From NCBI GenBank assembly GCA_963674735.2, contig CAXXQS010000001.1, positions 2,272,001-2,336,000 of the forward strand: a stretch of 64,000 nt of DNA, written 5' to 3'. The DNA is from Myxococcota bacterium. Its GTDB lineage: Bacteria > Myxococcota_A > SURF-8. Positions 27,999 to 38,998 of this stretch are shown piece by piece (the first letter of the stretch is position 1; each line of letters begins with the position of its first letter). The translations under genes and the position numbers were made by a program. The notes beneath the pieces are model-generated. The model did not search any database, was not told the origin of the DNA, and saw only the letters and a list, made by a program, of their open reading frames with translations.

Positions 27999-29822
27999 TC
28001 AGTCGAGTTCAAACTCGGTCATCCAGTCGGAATCGTGCTCCAGCGGCTTCTGCTCGGTTTTGTCCAGCAGGTACGAGCCCATGATCAGGTAATCCATATT
28101 CGTGCGCATGAAGCACACGAAGGCATCTTTGGGCGTGCACACGATGGGTTCGCCGCGCACGTTGAAGGAAGTGTTGATGATCACCGGACAGCCGGTTTTC
28201 TCGAAAAACGCCTTGATCATGGCGTGATAGCGCGGATTATCCAGGTGGTTGACCGTCTGCAGACGGGCGGAGTAGTCCACGTGCGTGATGGCGGGCACTT
28301 CCGAGCGCACCACGTTGAGTTTCTCGATCCCGAACAAGCGCCGGGCGCTTTCGTCCATCTCCGTGCAGCGCTCCTTTTTCACCTGCGCCACCTGCAGCAT
28401 ATAGGGCGATTCGCGGTCGATCTCGAACCAGTCGGACACCTGTTCGGCCATCACCGAGGGCGCGAAAGGCCGAAACGACTCGCGGAACTTGATCTTGAGG
28501 TTCATCACCTCCTGCATCTTGGGGCTGCGCGCGTCGCCGATGATACTACGCGCGCCCAAGGCGCGCGGACCGAATTCCATGCGTCCCTGGAACCAACCCA
28601 CCACCTTCTGATCCACGATCAGATCCGACACGCGGTCGGCGACGGTGGCTTCGGAACCCAGTTTGCTATAGGGAAAGCCGTTTTCGTCCAGGAAAGCCTG
28701 GATTTCGTCGTCGTTGAACTCCGGCCCCAGGTAGGTGGCATGCTGCAACTCGTTGCGGCCGTTGAATTCGCGCGGGTTATTGAGGTAGCTGTACCAGATC
28801 AGAGTGGCGGCTCCCAAGGCTCCGCCCGCGTCGCCGGCGGCCGGCTGAATCCAGATATCCTCGAAGGGCCCTTCGCGCAGAATACGACCGTTGGCCACAC
28901 AGTTGAGCGCCACGCCTCCGGCCATGCACAGATATTTCTCCCCGGTTTCCTTGTGGATGTGACGCGCCATGCGCAGCATGGATTCTTCCGTCACCACCTG
29001 CACCGAACGCGCGAGGTCCATTTCTTTCTGGGTGAGCGTGCTCTCCGGCTTGCGCGGCGGACCGCCGAACAGCTTGTCGAAGCGGCGGTTGGTCATGGTG
29101 AGACCGGCGGCGTAGTTGAAGTATTTCATGTTGAGGGCGAACGAGCCGTCCTCTTTGAGGTCGATCAACTCATCGTATATCAGATCCACATACTTCGCGT
29201 CGCCATAGGGCGCCAGACCCATGATCTTGTATTCACCGCTATTGACGCGGAAGCCGGTGTAATAGGTGAACGCGCTGTAGAGCAACCCGATGGAGTGCGG
29301 AAAATGAATTTCCGATTGCAGCCGCACCCGGTTGCCGTTGCCGATCCCCACACTGGTGGTGGTCCACTCGCCCACCCCGTCGGCGGTTAAAATCGCGGCG
29401 CGTTTGTAGGGCGAGGGATAGAAGGCGCTGGCGGCGTGGCTTTCGTGGTGCGAGGCGAACAACACCTGCCCCTTGTAGCCGGGAACCGCTTTGTGGATCA
29501 CCTCGCGCATGAAAATCTTCTGCTTCATCCATACCGGGATGGCTTTCAGAAAGCTCTTGAAGCCGGACGGCGCATAGGTGATGTAGCTTTCCAACAAGCG
29601 TTCGAATTTCAGAAACGGCTTGTCGTAAAACACCACGTGGTCCAGTTCGGCCGCCGTGATTCCGGCATGCTTCAGGCAATAGTCGATGGCCAGATTGGGA
29701 AAGCGGAAGTCATGCTTTTTACGGGAAAAGCGTTCCTCCTGCGCCGCGGCAACCAAGTCGCCATCGCGAAGCAGACAGGCGGCGCTGTCGTGATAAAAGG
29801 CCGAAATTCCGAGAATATTCAT
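27999..29822 (-). CDS. NodU/CmcH-family O-carbamoyltransferase
   Basis: MNILGISAFYHDSAA, HHESHAASAF, EYKIMGLAPYG, EFGPRALG and NTSFNVRGEP motifs. Confidence 0.95.
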   Translation of the reverse strand: MNILGISAFYHDSAACLLRDGDLVAAAQEERFSRKKHDFRFPNLAIDYCLKHAGITAAELDHVVFYDKPFLKFERLLESYITYAPSGFKSFLKAIPVWMKQKIFMREVIHKAVPGYKGQVLFASHHESHAASAFYPSPYKRAAILTADGVGEWTTTSVGIGNGNRVRLQSEIHFPHSIGLLYSAFTYYTGFRVNSGEYKIMGLAPYGDAKYVDLIYDELIDLKEDGSFALNMKYFNYAAGLTMTNRRFDKLFGGPPRKPESTLTQKEMDLARSVQVVTEESMLRMARHIHKETGEKYLCMAGGVALNCVANGRILREGPFEDIWIQPAAGDAGGALGAATLIWYSYLNNPREFNGRNELQHATYLGPEFNDDEIQAFLDENGFPYSKLGSEATVADRVSDLIVDQKVVGWFQGRMEFGPRALGARSIIGDARSPKMQEVMNLKIKFRESFRPFAPSVMAEQVSDWFEIDRESPYMLQVAQVKKERCTEMDESARRLFGIEKLNVVRSEVPAITHVDYSARLQTVNHLDNPRYHAMIKAFFEKTGCPVIINTSFNVRGEPIVCTPKDAFVCFMRTNMDYLIMGSYLLDKTEQKPLEHDSDWMTEFELD

Positions 29823-30046
29823 AGGATGTTCACCCGATCCCCGCAGAATTGTGAATGATTGTTTTTCAATGCGTGAGCGTCCATCACTCACGCCGCAACG
29901 ACCTGGAAGAAGATGGGATTTCCTACCAGATTTCTTCCCGATTGGCAACTCCTTTCCAAAAGTGAGCCGCTTCCGGACGTTATCAGTGCCCCCCGATCCT
30001 GGATCGAATGAATATTTTCGACCGGATAGGCCGATTTAGGCGTGGC

Positions 30047-32113
30047 TTACGCAGGCTCGGCGGCTGGAATAAACAGGGTAAAGCGGCTGCCTTTCCCCGG
30101 AATCGATTTCGCGATAATCGTTCCGCTGTGCTGCTGCAAAATGCCGAAAGCGGTCGACAAGCCCAGACCACGGCCTTCGTGCTTGGGCCGGGTGGTGAAG
30201 AAAGGATCGAAGATGTGGGTCAACGTATCGGAATCCATACCGAAACCGCTGTCGCTGATTTCGATCGCGATATATTCTCCAGGCAACACCCCCGCCTCTC
30301 CGTCCCCACGAAGCACCACGTGGTTGAAGGCGCGTAAATCCAATCGGCCACCCTCGGGCATGGCTTCCTGGCTGTTCCCGGCCAATTGCACGAGCACGGC
30401 TTCGATTTGCCCGATATCCGCCAGCATCCAGGCCGGATCGGCTAAGCCGGTAACGCGGACCTCGATATTTTTTCCCAGCTGCCAACTTAAAACGCGCGCT
30501 TGCCGCTGCAACAACAGGTTGACATCCACCGGCTCCGTTTGGATGATCTGCTTGCGGCTGAAAGCCAACAATTGTTGCGTCAACTGCGCCGCCCGCTCGG
30601 CCGCACGACCGATATCCCGCAACATGTCTTCGAGCGGCAGCCCCGCCGATAAATCCATCAAAGCCAGTTCGACATTCCCCGTGATGCTCGTCAACAGATT
30701 GTTGAAATCGTGCGCAATACCACCCGCCAGGCGTCCGACCGCTTCCAAGCGCCGACTTTGCTCCAACTGCTCGTGCAGGCGGTCCGCTTCCTGCTCGGCC
30801 AAACAACGCTGATAAGCCAACGAAGCCTGGTTGATAAAGGTTTCAACCACCTGCGTGTTCAATTCCGCTCCTTCTCCCAAAACGATCCCAGCCGACCCGA
30901 ACAGGCGATTTTTACGTGCAAACCCCATCGAAAACACCAGACCGACGCCCAATTGCGCCTCCAACTCCCGGCTACGCTCGCGCCCAAGACGACAGAAGGC
31001 CAGTTCGTCCAGCCCCCCTTCCAGACAAACCAAACGGCCCTCCAGCAAATGCTCGCGGGAGGATGGGTCATCCAAAGGAAAAGATTGCCCGATGGGATCC
31101 CAACCAACCCATTGTGTCACCATCTCGCGGGGTGCCTCCGGGCAAACGATTTCCCGACAGATCAAGCCGTTGGACTTCTCATCGAATTCCGTTAACACAA
31201 TGGCCCGCGCATGTGTCAGGCGAAGTAACTGTTCGGCCACCCGAAGATGAAACGTCTCCAGGGAGATCGATTCCACAAAGCGCCAGGCCGCATCCGAAAG
31301 GATTTTCAGATTATGCGCGTTTTCCCGTTCGCGTTTTTCGCTGGCACGCAGCGCGGATTCCGCTTCATAGCGGGGGGTGATATCGCGTCCGAATCCGCAC
31401 AGCCCGAAAATACGCCCATCAGCGCGTCTCAGCGGCACTTTCACCGTATGCATGCGGCGTGTTCCGCTCTTGACATGCAAAGTCTGTTCGACATCAACCG
31501 TCTCACCGGAGAAAGCCCGCTCGTCTTCCATTTTCCAGCTACCATCGGAAAAGCCACCCAGCAAGTCATCGTGGCAGCGCCCCACAATCTCGCTGGACGG
31601 CATCCCATAAAGAGCTTCGACCACCGGGTTAACCCGCACGTATCGGCCTTCGAGGTCTTTGATGAAAATCGAGTCTGTCGCCGTCTCGAACACAGCCCGC
31701 AGCATTTCCTCCGAAGCTTGGCGCTTGAGGTTTTCCAGATGCCGCACCGTCACGTCTTTCAGAATGGAAATATACCCGTTAAACCCCCACTCCGGCATCG
31801 CCAGGCGACTCAACGACCAGTCCACCCAAACATGCTGCCCCCAGCGGGTACGCTGTTCGACCAATCCACGCCAATTCCCCGACTCCACAATCTGCCGATG
31901 AATCTTTTTTCGGAAATCGGAATGATCGGGATCGGGATCGGGAAAAAGATCCCAGATCAGCCGCCCTTTCGCATTTCGGGCTTCCGTTCCGAAAAGACGT
32001 TCAGCGGCACGACTCCAAAAAACGACGCGGAAATCGTCGTCCATGGTTACCGTGGGGTCATCCAGATTATCCAAAATGTACAGAAAGCTTTCCAGATTAT
32101 TATCGGTTGACAT
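30047..32113 (-). CDS. Cytoplasmic PAS-PAS-GAF-like sensor histidine kinase
   Basis: Two PAS domains, AHDFNNLL H-box, DSGFGM, FDPFFTT and GRGLGL. Confidence 0.9.
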   Translation of the reverse strand: MSTDNNLESFLYILDNLDDPTVTMDDDFRVVFWSRAAERLFGTEARNAKGRLIWDLFPDPDPDHSDFRKKIHRQIVESGNWRGLVEQRTRWGQHVWVDWSLSRLAMPEWGFNGYISILKDVTVRHLENLKRQASEEMLRAVFETATDSIFIKDLEGRYVRVNPVVEALYGMPSSEIVGRCHDDLLGGFSDGSWKMEDERAFSGETVDVEQTLHVKSGTRRMHTVKVPLRRADGRIFGLCGFGRDITPRYEAESALRASEKRERENAHNLKILSDAAWRFVESISLETFHLRVAEQLLRLTHARAIVLTEFDEKSNGLICREIVCPEAPREMVTQWVGWDPIGQSFPLDDPSSREHLLEGRLVCLEGGLDELAFCRLGRERSRELEAQLGVGLVFSMGFARKNRLFGSAGIVLGEGAELNTQVVETFINQASLAYQRCLAEQEADRLHEQLEQSRRLEAVGRLAGGIAHDFNNLLTSITGNVELALMDLSAGLPLEDMLRDIGRAAERAAQLTQQLLAFSRKQIIQTEPVDVNLLLQRQARVLSWQLGKNIEVRVTGLADPAWMLADIGQIEAVLVQLAGNSQEAMPEGGRLDLRAFNHVVLRGDGEAGVLPGEYIAIEISDSGFGMDSDTLTHIFDPFFTTRPKHEGRGLGLSTAFGILQQHSGTIIAKSIPGKGSRFTLFIPAAEPA

Positions 32114-32419
32114 TTTGGCGAAAACTCCACATCTACAGCAGAAAAATCAGCATGACAAGCCTGTAAAAAACCGCGAGGAAGTGAACGATGGCAAACCCGA
32201 AAATCGAGGTTCCCGTCATTCATTCGGCCGACCGGGAGGCCCATCCCGATCCCGACCACTAAATCTTACTTTAGCGTATGATCGGCAGATAGGCAACACA
32301 AAACAACATCTGCCTATTTGCCCTTTTGCCGAGACCTTTCAGAGAGACCAAAATCGTTGCCCTCGGCCTCCTTCGACAGGCTCTCGGCACAGCGAAATCT
32401 ATAGACCGTCATCCGCTTC

Positions 32420-32448
32420 TTGACAGGTTCCCGGCTTGTCGGTAAGGT
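32420..32448 (+). promoter_or_regulatory. Sigma70-like promoter of argS
   Basis: TTGACA-N17-TAAGGT. Confidence 0.55.
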
Positions 32449-32488
32449 GGCGCGGTTACCGAACCCGAACGGCTAGCGGAGGAGTTTT

Positions 32489-34192
32489 ATGCAGCGCATC
32501 CGTGAGATGATCGTCGACCAACTGGCCTCGCGCGTGTCCTTCCCCAAGACGCGCTTTCTGTCCCTTTTCAAACAGCCCGACAACGCCGAACGCGGAGACC
32601 TGGCGCTGCCCTGCTTCCCCTTCGCCAAAGAACTCAAAATGAAGCCCGACGCCATCGCGGCCGAATTCGCGGAGCAATTCCAAGACCATGCGTGGTTTAC
32701 GAAAGTCGAAGCGGCCGGACCGTTCCTCAATTTCACGTATTCCGGGACAGCCCTGGCCAAAGAGGTGTTACCCGCCGTGTTTGCCGCCCCGGACCGCTAT
32801 GGCAACAGCGGCAGCGGCGACGGCCAGACGGTGGTGCTCGACTTCTCGTCACCCAACATCGCCAAGCCTATCGCCTTCCATCATATTCGGTCCACCGTCA
32901 TCGGCAACGCCCTGGCCAACCTGCACGAGGCCTGCGGTTATCGCACGGTCCGGATCAACTACCTCGGCGATTGGGGCACCCAATTCGGCAAACTCATCGT
33001 CGCCTACCGTCGCTGGGGCAGTGAGGAAGAACTCAAAACGAAGGAAATCCGGCACCTGCTGGATATTTACGTGCGCTTTCACCAAGAGGTGGAAACCGAG
33101 CCCACCCTCGAAGAGGAGGCCCGCGCCTGGTTCAAACGCATGGAAGACGGCGACGACGAAGCCCTGGCCCTCTGGCGTTTGTTCTACGATATCAGCATGC
33201 GCGAGTTCGAACGTATTTACAGTCTCCTGGGCGTGCGCTTCGATCACTTCGAAGGGGAATCGTTTTACCGCAAGCGCCTCGACGAAACCATCGAGCAAGT
33301 CACCCAACGCGCGGGAACCGCGATCTCGCAGGGCGCTTTGGTGGTCGATCTGGAAGAAGACAAGCTGCCCCCGTGCCTGCTGCGCAAAGCCGACGGCGCC
33401 ACCCTTTACGCCACCCGCGACATCGCCGCCGCCATGGATCGCTTCGAACGCTTCGGCTTCGAGCGCTCGCTTTACGTGGTGGCCAATCAGCAGGCGACCT
33501 ATTTCAAACAACTCATCCGCGTGCTGTCCAAAATGGAGTTCGACTGGGCCGCGCGTATCACCCACATCAATTTCGGCATGCTGCAACTGGCCGACCAGAC
33601 CATGAGTACGCGCAAAGGACAGGTGATCTTCCTTGAGGACGTGCTCAAAAAATCCATCGAGCTTTCGCAAAAAGCCATCGACGAAAAGAACCCCGATCTC
33701 GCCAACAAGGAAGAGGTCGCCCGCCAGGTGGGCGTGGGGGCCATCATCTTCGGCGACCTGGTCAACCGCCGCACCAACGACATCACCTTCGAATGGGATC
33801 GCATTCTGAATTTCCAGGGCGAGACCGGCGTCTACGTGCAATACACCCATGCCCGCTGCCGCTCCATGTTGCGCAAGGCGGGCGTCCCCGAACCCGGCGC
33901 TTTGGCCGTCGAACGACTGGCCGCCCCGGAGGAGAAAGACGTGCTCAAAGTGATCGGCCAATTCCCCGACCGCGTGCAGCGCGCCTGCGACGACTTCGAT
34001 CCTTCCCTGGTGGCGCGCCACCTGATCGAGCTTTGCCGCAGCTTCAACAAACTCTACAATGTTCCCGGCTACCGCTTCCTCGATGACGACACCGCCCTGC
34101 GCGCGACACGCCTGCTGCTGGCCCAGGCCGTCGCCGACGTTCTCAAGCGTGGGCTGGACCTGCTTGGAGTGGCCACACCGGAGGAAATGTAA
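32489..34192 (+). CDS. argS: Arginine-tRNA ligase
   Basis: DFSSPNIAK, GDWGTQFG, YATRD, MSTRKG and YVQYTHAR motifs. Confidence 0.96.
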   Translation: MQRIREMIVDQLASRVSFPKTRFLSLFKQPDNAERGDLALPCFPFAKELKMKPDAIAAEFAEQFQDHAWFTKVEAAGPFLNFTYSGTALAKEVLPAVFAAPDRYGNSGSGDGQTVVLDFSSPNIAKPIAFHHIRSTVIGNALANLHEACGYRTVRINYLGDWGTQFGKLIVAYRRWGSEEELKTKEIRHLLDIYVRFHQEVETEPTLEEEARAWFKRMEDGDDEALALWRLFYDISMREFERIYSLLGVRFDHFEGESFYRKRLDETIEQVTQRAGTAISQGALVVDLEEDKLPPCLLRKADGATLYATRDIAAAMDRFERFGFERSLYVVANQQATYFKQLIRVLSKMEFDWAARITHINFGMLQLADQTMSTRKGQVIFLEDVLKKSIELSQKAIDEKNPDLANKEEVARQVGVGAIIFGDLVNRRTNDITFEWDRILNFQGETGVYVQYTHARCRSMLRKAGVPEPGALAVERLAAPEEKDVLKVIGQFPDRVQRACDDFDPSLVARHLIELCRSFNKLYNVPGYRFLDDDTALRATRLLLAQAVADVLKRGLDLLGVATPEEM

Positions 34193-35988
34193 TGACCCCG
34201 GTTCGCCGGACAGACATGCACTCCAGTCGGTTGCAAGCCACAGGCCTCGGCTGGCTGGCCTTGCTGATGCTCACCCTGGCATGGGTTGCCATGCCTTGCC
34301 CCGCCGCCGCCCAAAACCCGGTTGCGGCGAAGCCCGAAACCGTCTCGGACGCCATCGACTCACCCGGAGCAACCCCAGCCAAACTGGCCCCGAAAGAAAC
34401 CGCGCCAGCCGATGAAGCCGCGCCCGAAAAGGAAACACCCGAATCCGATCCGGACGAGACGCAAGCACAACCGACCACCGCCCCCGCTCGTCTGGTCAGC
34501 CCTGCTGCGCGCCTGGCGATCGTCCCCACCACCCCCGACGGCGACGAGGAGCAGTCCTATTTCGAAGGCGGCGAGGAACTCGATGATCGTGATTTGGCCG
34601 CGCGCATCTCCCAAACTCTGGGGCGTCCGGGCCTCGACGGCCTGCGCATCGGCCTGCACGTTCAGGATATCGACAACGGCGAGGTGTGGATCGACCACCA
34701 CGGCGACACCCCCCTCAACCCCGCCAGCAACATGAAGCTCATCACCACCGCCACCGCCTTGTCCGCTTTGGGCCCCGATTTCCGCTTCAAAACGGAATTC
34801 CGCGCCGCCGCCCCCCTCGATACAAACGGGGTGTTGCACGGCGATCTTTCCATCGTCGGCTTCGGCAATCCCTGGATGGTGGTGGAGGAACTGTACCGGC
34901 TGGCCGCCGAACTGCATGCCATCGGCCTGCGACGCATCGAAGGCGATATTCTGATCGACGACCGCTATTTCGACGCCGTCCGCGAAGGTCCGGGCTGGGA
35001 GCAGGACGACACCGACAACGCCTACCAGGCCCCCATGGGCGCGCTGTCGGCCAACTTCAACTCCATCGCCGTCTACATTCTACCCGGCGAAGAAGGGCAA
35101 CCCGCCCGCGTCAGCCTGCTTCCGCTGTCGCGCTACGCCCCCATCGAAAACAGCGCCGTCACCGAAAACGGTCGGCGCACGCGCCTGATCGTGCACAGCG
35201 TCAAAACGGATACCGGAAACAAGATCACGGTGGAAGGACACATTCATCCAAAGGCCAGCCGCCGTGTCTTCTTCCTTAAAGCCGATAATCCTCCCCTGTA
35301 TGCGGGTTGGGCCATCCACGACGCGCTGAAGCAACTCGGCATCACGTGTACGGGCTACGTCAAGTCGCGCCCGGCCAGCAGCGACGCGAAACCGTTTTTC
35401 ACCTTTCGTTCCCCGCGCCTGCCTTTCATCATCGGCAAAATCAACAAACATTCCAACAACCACATGGCCGAGCAGCTCATCAAAACCATGGGTGCGGAGA
35501 TTCACGGCGTCCCCGGCAGCTGGGAAAAAGGAATCGATGTGGTGCAGACATTCTTGCAAACCACCATCGGTGTTAGCCCCGATGCGTATGTGATGCGCAA
35601 TGGCTCGGGGCTGGGCGACGTCAACCAGATTCCCCCGGCGCTGTTCACCCGCCTGCTCGCCCACATGGCCAACGATCCGGAACTCGGTCCCGACTTTATT
35701 TCCGCCCAAGCGGTGGCGGGTCGCGACGGCACCCTGCGCAAGCGTTTCCAGGATACGGACGTGGCCAACCGCCTGCGCGGCAAAACCGGCTCGCTGGAGC
35801 AGGTTATGGCGCTATCCGGTTATTTGTACACACGCGACGGCCGCCGTCTGGCCGTTTCGATTCTCTTTAACGATTGTCTCGGCAAAAACCGCCTCGAACT
35901 CAAGCAGGTTCAAGATGAAATCATCCTGCTATTGGCGAACCACCGAGTCCGCCCCACGGGCGACAACGCCGTTGCCGAAAAGGAGTGA
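34192..35988 (+). CDS. dacB: D-Ala-D-Ala carboxypeptidase/endopeptidase, S13 (PBP4)
   Basis: PASNMK (SxxK), SNN, NGSGL and KTG motifs. Confidence 0.93.
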   Translation: MTPVRRTDMHSSRLQATGLGWLALLMLTLAWVAMPCPAAAQNPVAAKPETVSDAIDSPGATPAKLAPKETAPADEAAPEKETPESDPDETQAQPTTAPARLVSPAARLAIVPTTPDGDEEQSYFEGGEELDDRDLAARISQTLGRPGLDGLRIGLHVQDIDNGEVWIDHHGDTPLNPASNMKLITTATALSALGPDFRFKTEFRAAAPLDTNGVLHGDLSIVGFGNPWMVVEELYRLAAELHAIGLRRIEGDILIDDRYFDAVREGPGWEQDDTDNAYQAPMGALSANFNSIAVYILPGEEGQPARVSLLPLSRYAPIENSAVTENGRRTRLIVHSVKTDTGNKITVEGHIHPKASRRVFFLKADNPPLYAGWAIHDALKQLGITCTGYVKSRPASSDAKPFFTFRSPRLPFIIGKINKHSNNHMAEQLIKTMGAEIHGVPGSWEKGIDVVQTFLQTTIGVSPDAYVMRNGSGLGDVNQIPPALFTRLLAHMANDPELGPDFISAQAVAGRDGTLRKRFQDTDVANRLRGKTGSLEQVMALSGYLYTRDGRRLAVSILFNDCLGKNRLELKQVQDEIILLLANHRVRPTGDNAVAEKE

Positions 35989-35991
35989 ACC

Positions 35992-36732
35992 ATGTCCCGC
36001 CGGATATCCCACCTCTGCCTGATCGCCCTGCTTCTGTTGGTTGCCTGCCAGATCGGCTGTGCCGACGGTTGCAGCGAATCGGATTCGAAACGGCAAAAAG
36101 AAACGGCCCAGGTGAAAGCCGCTCCCCAAACCCGGAAACTACAGGCCGCACCCAACGGGAAAAAGAAGCAACTCAAAGGCACGATGCCCAAGATGGTGGC
36201 TCCGAACAAGCCGTTGTCTCTCAATAGCCCCAATGTCAAATTGCGGCAGAAAAAGATGAACGTCACACCGCTGACCAAGCCGCTTGTGGCGTCCTTTCTC
36301 CCCAAGCCTTCCACCAATTGGACCCCCAGCCCCTTCGAAGGTTACGAGTCCACCGGCCTCGACGACCCGAAGCGGACGGTTGTCAGCCAGACCTTCACGA
36401 ACGGCAAAGCCCAGTTGGGCATCACACTGAGCGACACCCGGCTGGAAGTTCCGTTCCTGATCGGTACACGGAAAAAACTCGCCAAGCTCAAACGAACCGA
36501 AGGCATCGTGTACAACGAATTTAAGATCGGCAAGAACACCGTGCACGAGTTTTACAATCCGACCACCCGCGAATCCCACACGCTTTTCTGGGTGCGCAGC
36601 CGTCTGCTGATCGAAGTCGAAGGAAAAAACGTAGCCGATGCCGCAAAAGCGCGCAAGCTCATCGAGAGTATGAAATTAAAGGACATCAATCGCGTCCTCA
36701 ACGACCGCAACAGCAAGAAGGGTGGAAAGTGA
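35992..36732 (+). CDS. Basic hypothetical lipoprotein
   Basis: Hydrophobic N-terminus with Cys; Lys-rich; AGGAG RBS. Confidence 0.65.
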   Translation: MSRRISHLCLIALLLLVACQIGCADGCSESDSKRQKETAQVKAAPQTRKLQAAPNGKKKQLKGTMPKMVAPNKPLSLNSPNVKLRQKKMNVTPLTKPLVASFLPKPSTNWTPSPFEGYESTGLDDPKRTVVSQTFTNGKAQLGITLSDTRLEVPFLIGTRKKLAKLKRTEGIVYNEFKIGKNTVHEFYNPTTRESHTLFWVRSRLLIEVEGKNVADAAKARKLIESMKLKDINRVLNDRNSKKGGK

Positions 36733-36946
36733 GAGAGGAGCGAATCCGATTCCCGCGCAGTAAAAAACCGGTGGTCGCGGACCGCATCGATCGCTTAGGC
36801 TCCGACCCGACATTTTTCCTTGCTTTTCGAAAAGCTTCTTCGCATACTCCTTCCTCGGTGCACACGACCGACGGGATATTCTTCCCCACGTTGAATCCGC
36901 CCAATGATAATCTACTCGATCTGTCCTGAATATGGAGGTGTGTCCG

Positions 36947-38143
36947 ATGCAATCCCGTGAGTTGATCGAACTGGAAAACCGCTATGTGGCCCCCAACTAC
37001 AAGCCGCTGGATGTCGTCATTGAGCGCGGCCAAGGTGTATGGGTCTACGACGCCGACGGCAAGAAGTACATGGACTTCCTGGCCGCCTATTCCGCCCTGA
37101 ACCAGGGTTACGTCAATGAGCGCGTTCTCAACGCGATGATCGAACAAGCCAAAAAGTGCACGCTGACCTCACGTGCCTTCCGCAACGACCAATTACCCTA
37201 CTTCGCCAAAGAACTGTGCGAGTTGACCGGCTACGAGATGATGCTGCCCATGAATTCCGGGGCCGAAGCGGTGGAAACCGCCCTCAAGCTGGCGCGGCTG
37301 TGGGGTGAAAAAGTCAAAGGCGTCCCGAAAAACAAAACCGAAATCATCGCCTGTAACAACAACTTCCACGGACGCACCATCTCGATCGTCTCTTTCTCCT
37401 CCGACGAGGAGTATCGTGAAGGTTTCGGTCCCTTCACCCCCGGTTTCTCGATTATCCCTTACGGCGACATCGAAGCGCTCAAGGCCGCCATCACCCCCAA
37501 CACGGCCGCATTCATCGTCGAGCCGATTCAGGGCGAAGCGGGAATTCTCATTCCTCCTGCGGGCTACCTGAAGCAGGTGCGCGAACTGTGCGACGCCCAA
37601 AACGTGCTGTTTATCGCCGACGAGATCCAGAGCGGACTGGGACGCACCGGCAAAGTCTTCGCCTGCGACTGGGAGGGCGTGCGCCCCGACATGATCACAC
37701 TGGGCAAAGCGCTTTCGGCCGGTTTTTATCCCGTTTCGGCGGTGGTCAGTTCCAAAGCCATCCTGAGCCTGTTCTTCCCCGGCCAACACGGCTCCACCTT
37801 CGGCGGCAACCCGCTGGCCTGTGCCGTGGCGCGCGAAGCCATCCGCGTCCTTAAAGACGAAAAGCTTATCGAGCGTGCGGAAGAGTTGGGAACCTATCTC
37901 AAAGAGCGCCTGGAAGCCCTCAACAGCCCGAAAGTCAAAGAAATTCGCGGTCGCGGCCTGTGGTTCGGCATCGAGCTGAAGCCGGAAGCCGGTGGCGCGC
38001 GCCAATACTGCGAACAGCTGATGGACAAAGGCCTGCTCTGCAAAGAAACCCACGTCGATACGATCCGTCTGGCTCCGCCCCTGACCATCACCAAAGAAGA
38101 AATCGACTGGGCGCTGGAACGTCTGTTCGAGGTTCTCGCCTGA
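36947..38143 (+). CDS. rocD: Ornithine-oxo-acid aminotransferase
   Basis: DFLAAYSALNQG, LTSRAF, EPIQGEAG, ADEIQSGLGRTG and HGSTFGGNP motifs. Confidence 0.95.
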   Translation: MQSRELIELENRYVAPNYKPLDVVIERGQGVWVYDADGKKYMDFLAAYSALNQGYVNERVLNAMIEQAKKCTLTSRAFRNDQLPYFAKELCELTGYEMMLPMNSGAEAVETALKLARLWGEKVKGVPKNKTEIIACNNNFHGRTISIVSFSSDEEYREGFGPFTPGFSIIPYGDIEALKAAITPNTAAFIVEPIQGEAGILIPPAGYLKQVRELCDAQNVLFIADEIQSGLGRTGKVFACDWEGVRPDMITLGKALSAGFYPVSAVVSSKAILSLFFPGQHGSTFGGNPLACAVAREAIRVLKDEKLIERAEELGTYLKERLEALNSPKVKEIRGRGLWFGIELKPEAGGARQYCEQLMDKGLLCKETHVDTIRLAPPLTITKEEIDWALERLFEVLA

Positions 38144-38168
38144 GGGCAAACACACGACAATTCGTCCC

Positions 38169-38192
38169 GCCCGGCTTCGGCCGGGCTTTTTT
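38169..38192 (+). terminator. Intrinsic terminator after rocD
   Basis: GCCCGGC-TTCG-GCCGGGC followed by TTTTTT. Confidence 0.85.
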
Positions 38193-38301
38193 CATCCGCG
38201 TACTTGACAAAACCCGAGCCAAGTCGTATGCAATATGCAGGATTTTCAAGCTCTTAGACTACTTGTACGCTCTATAATTCCCATCGGATTAGGAGGTAAC
38301 T

Positions 38302-38658
38302 ATGGCGAAAATCGGCGTGCTGACCTGTGACAAGATCCGCGACATCCATTGCCAAGGCTGCATGAAGTGCCACAAAGCCGTCAGTGAGAAGGTCGGAACC
38401 TTCGCCACTCATGACGACGACATCGAAGTCGTTTTCTGGGCGGGCTGCGGCGGCTGCCCCGGCCTGTTCATGCCTAAAATGACCTTGTTGAACGAAATCG
38501 CCGAACACATGGGTCGCAATTACGACGTGGTGCACATCGGCACCTGCATCGTCAAGGCCGTCAAAACAGCTGCCTGCCCGATCAATCTCGACGACATGAA
38601 AACCAAAATCGAGGGAAAATGGGGCAAGAAAGTCATCGTCGGCACCCACCCCTGGTAA
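38302..38658 (+). CDS. CGGC domain metal-binding protein
   Basis: CQGCMKC, GCGGCPG and C-terminal VGTH motifs; AGGAGG RBS. Confidence 0.88.
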   Translation: MAKIGVLTCDKIRDIHCQGCMKCHKAVSEKVGTFATHDDDIEVVFWAGCGGCPGLFMPKMTLLNEIAEHMGRNYDVVHIGTCIVKAVKTAACPINLDDMKTKIEGKWGKKVIVGTHPW

Positions 38659-38729
38659 TAAAACGTCAACTCGCCGGATGGTCATCGCCTCCGGCGGGTC
38701 GCTCTTTTCTTCGAAAACCACCCCTTACG

Positions 38730-38904
38730 CAAGAGCAGGGCTCCCGTCCTGCTCTTGTTGGTTGTCTTGAAATCGCGCTGACGGGCGAATCCCCCGAAGA
38801 TATCAGGAAAGACAAATGAATGGAGCATGACAGAGGCATGCTCCAACCCAAAATCCATGCTGGAGCGCCTCCCCATGCTGGAGCGCGTCTCAGACGGGCT
38901 CCAG
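38730..38904. repeat. Cluster of three REP-like palindromes in alternating orientation
   Basis: CAAGAGCAGGGCTCCCGTCCTGCTCTTG (38730), TGGAGCATGACAGAGGCATGCTCCAAC (38821) and GCTGGAGCGCGTCTCAGACGGGCTCCAG (38877). Confidence 0.75.
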
Positions 38905-38998
38905 ATTGAAACACCCGCCGGCTCCGCGACTTTTCCCTTGCCTCCCGGGCTCATTCCAGTAAGATAGGCGGACTTCACGAAAGAATCGGGAGGCGGTC

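Noticed and set aside
27584-29822. Saxitoxin biosynthesis cluster
   Set aside because: Only the widespread carbamoyltransferase and SxtJ-like genes are present; no sxtA-type core genes.
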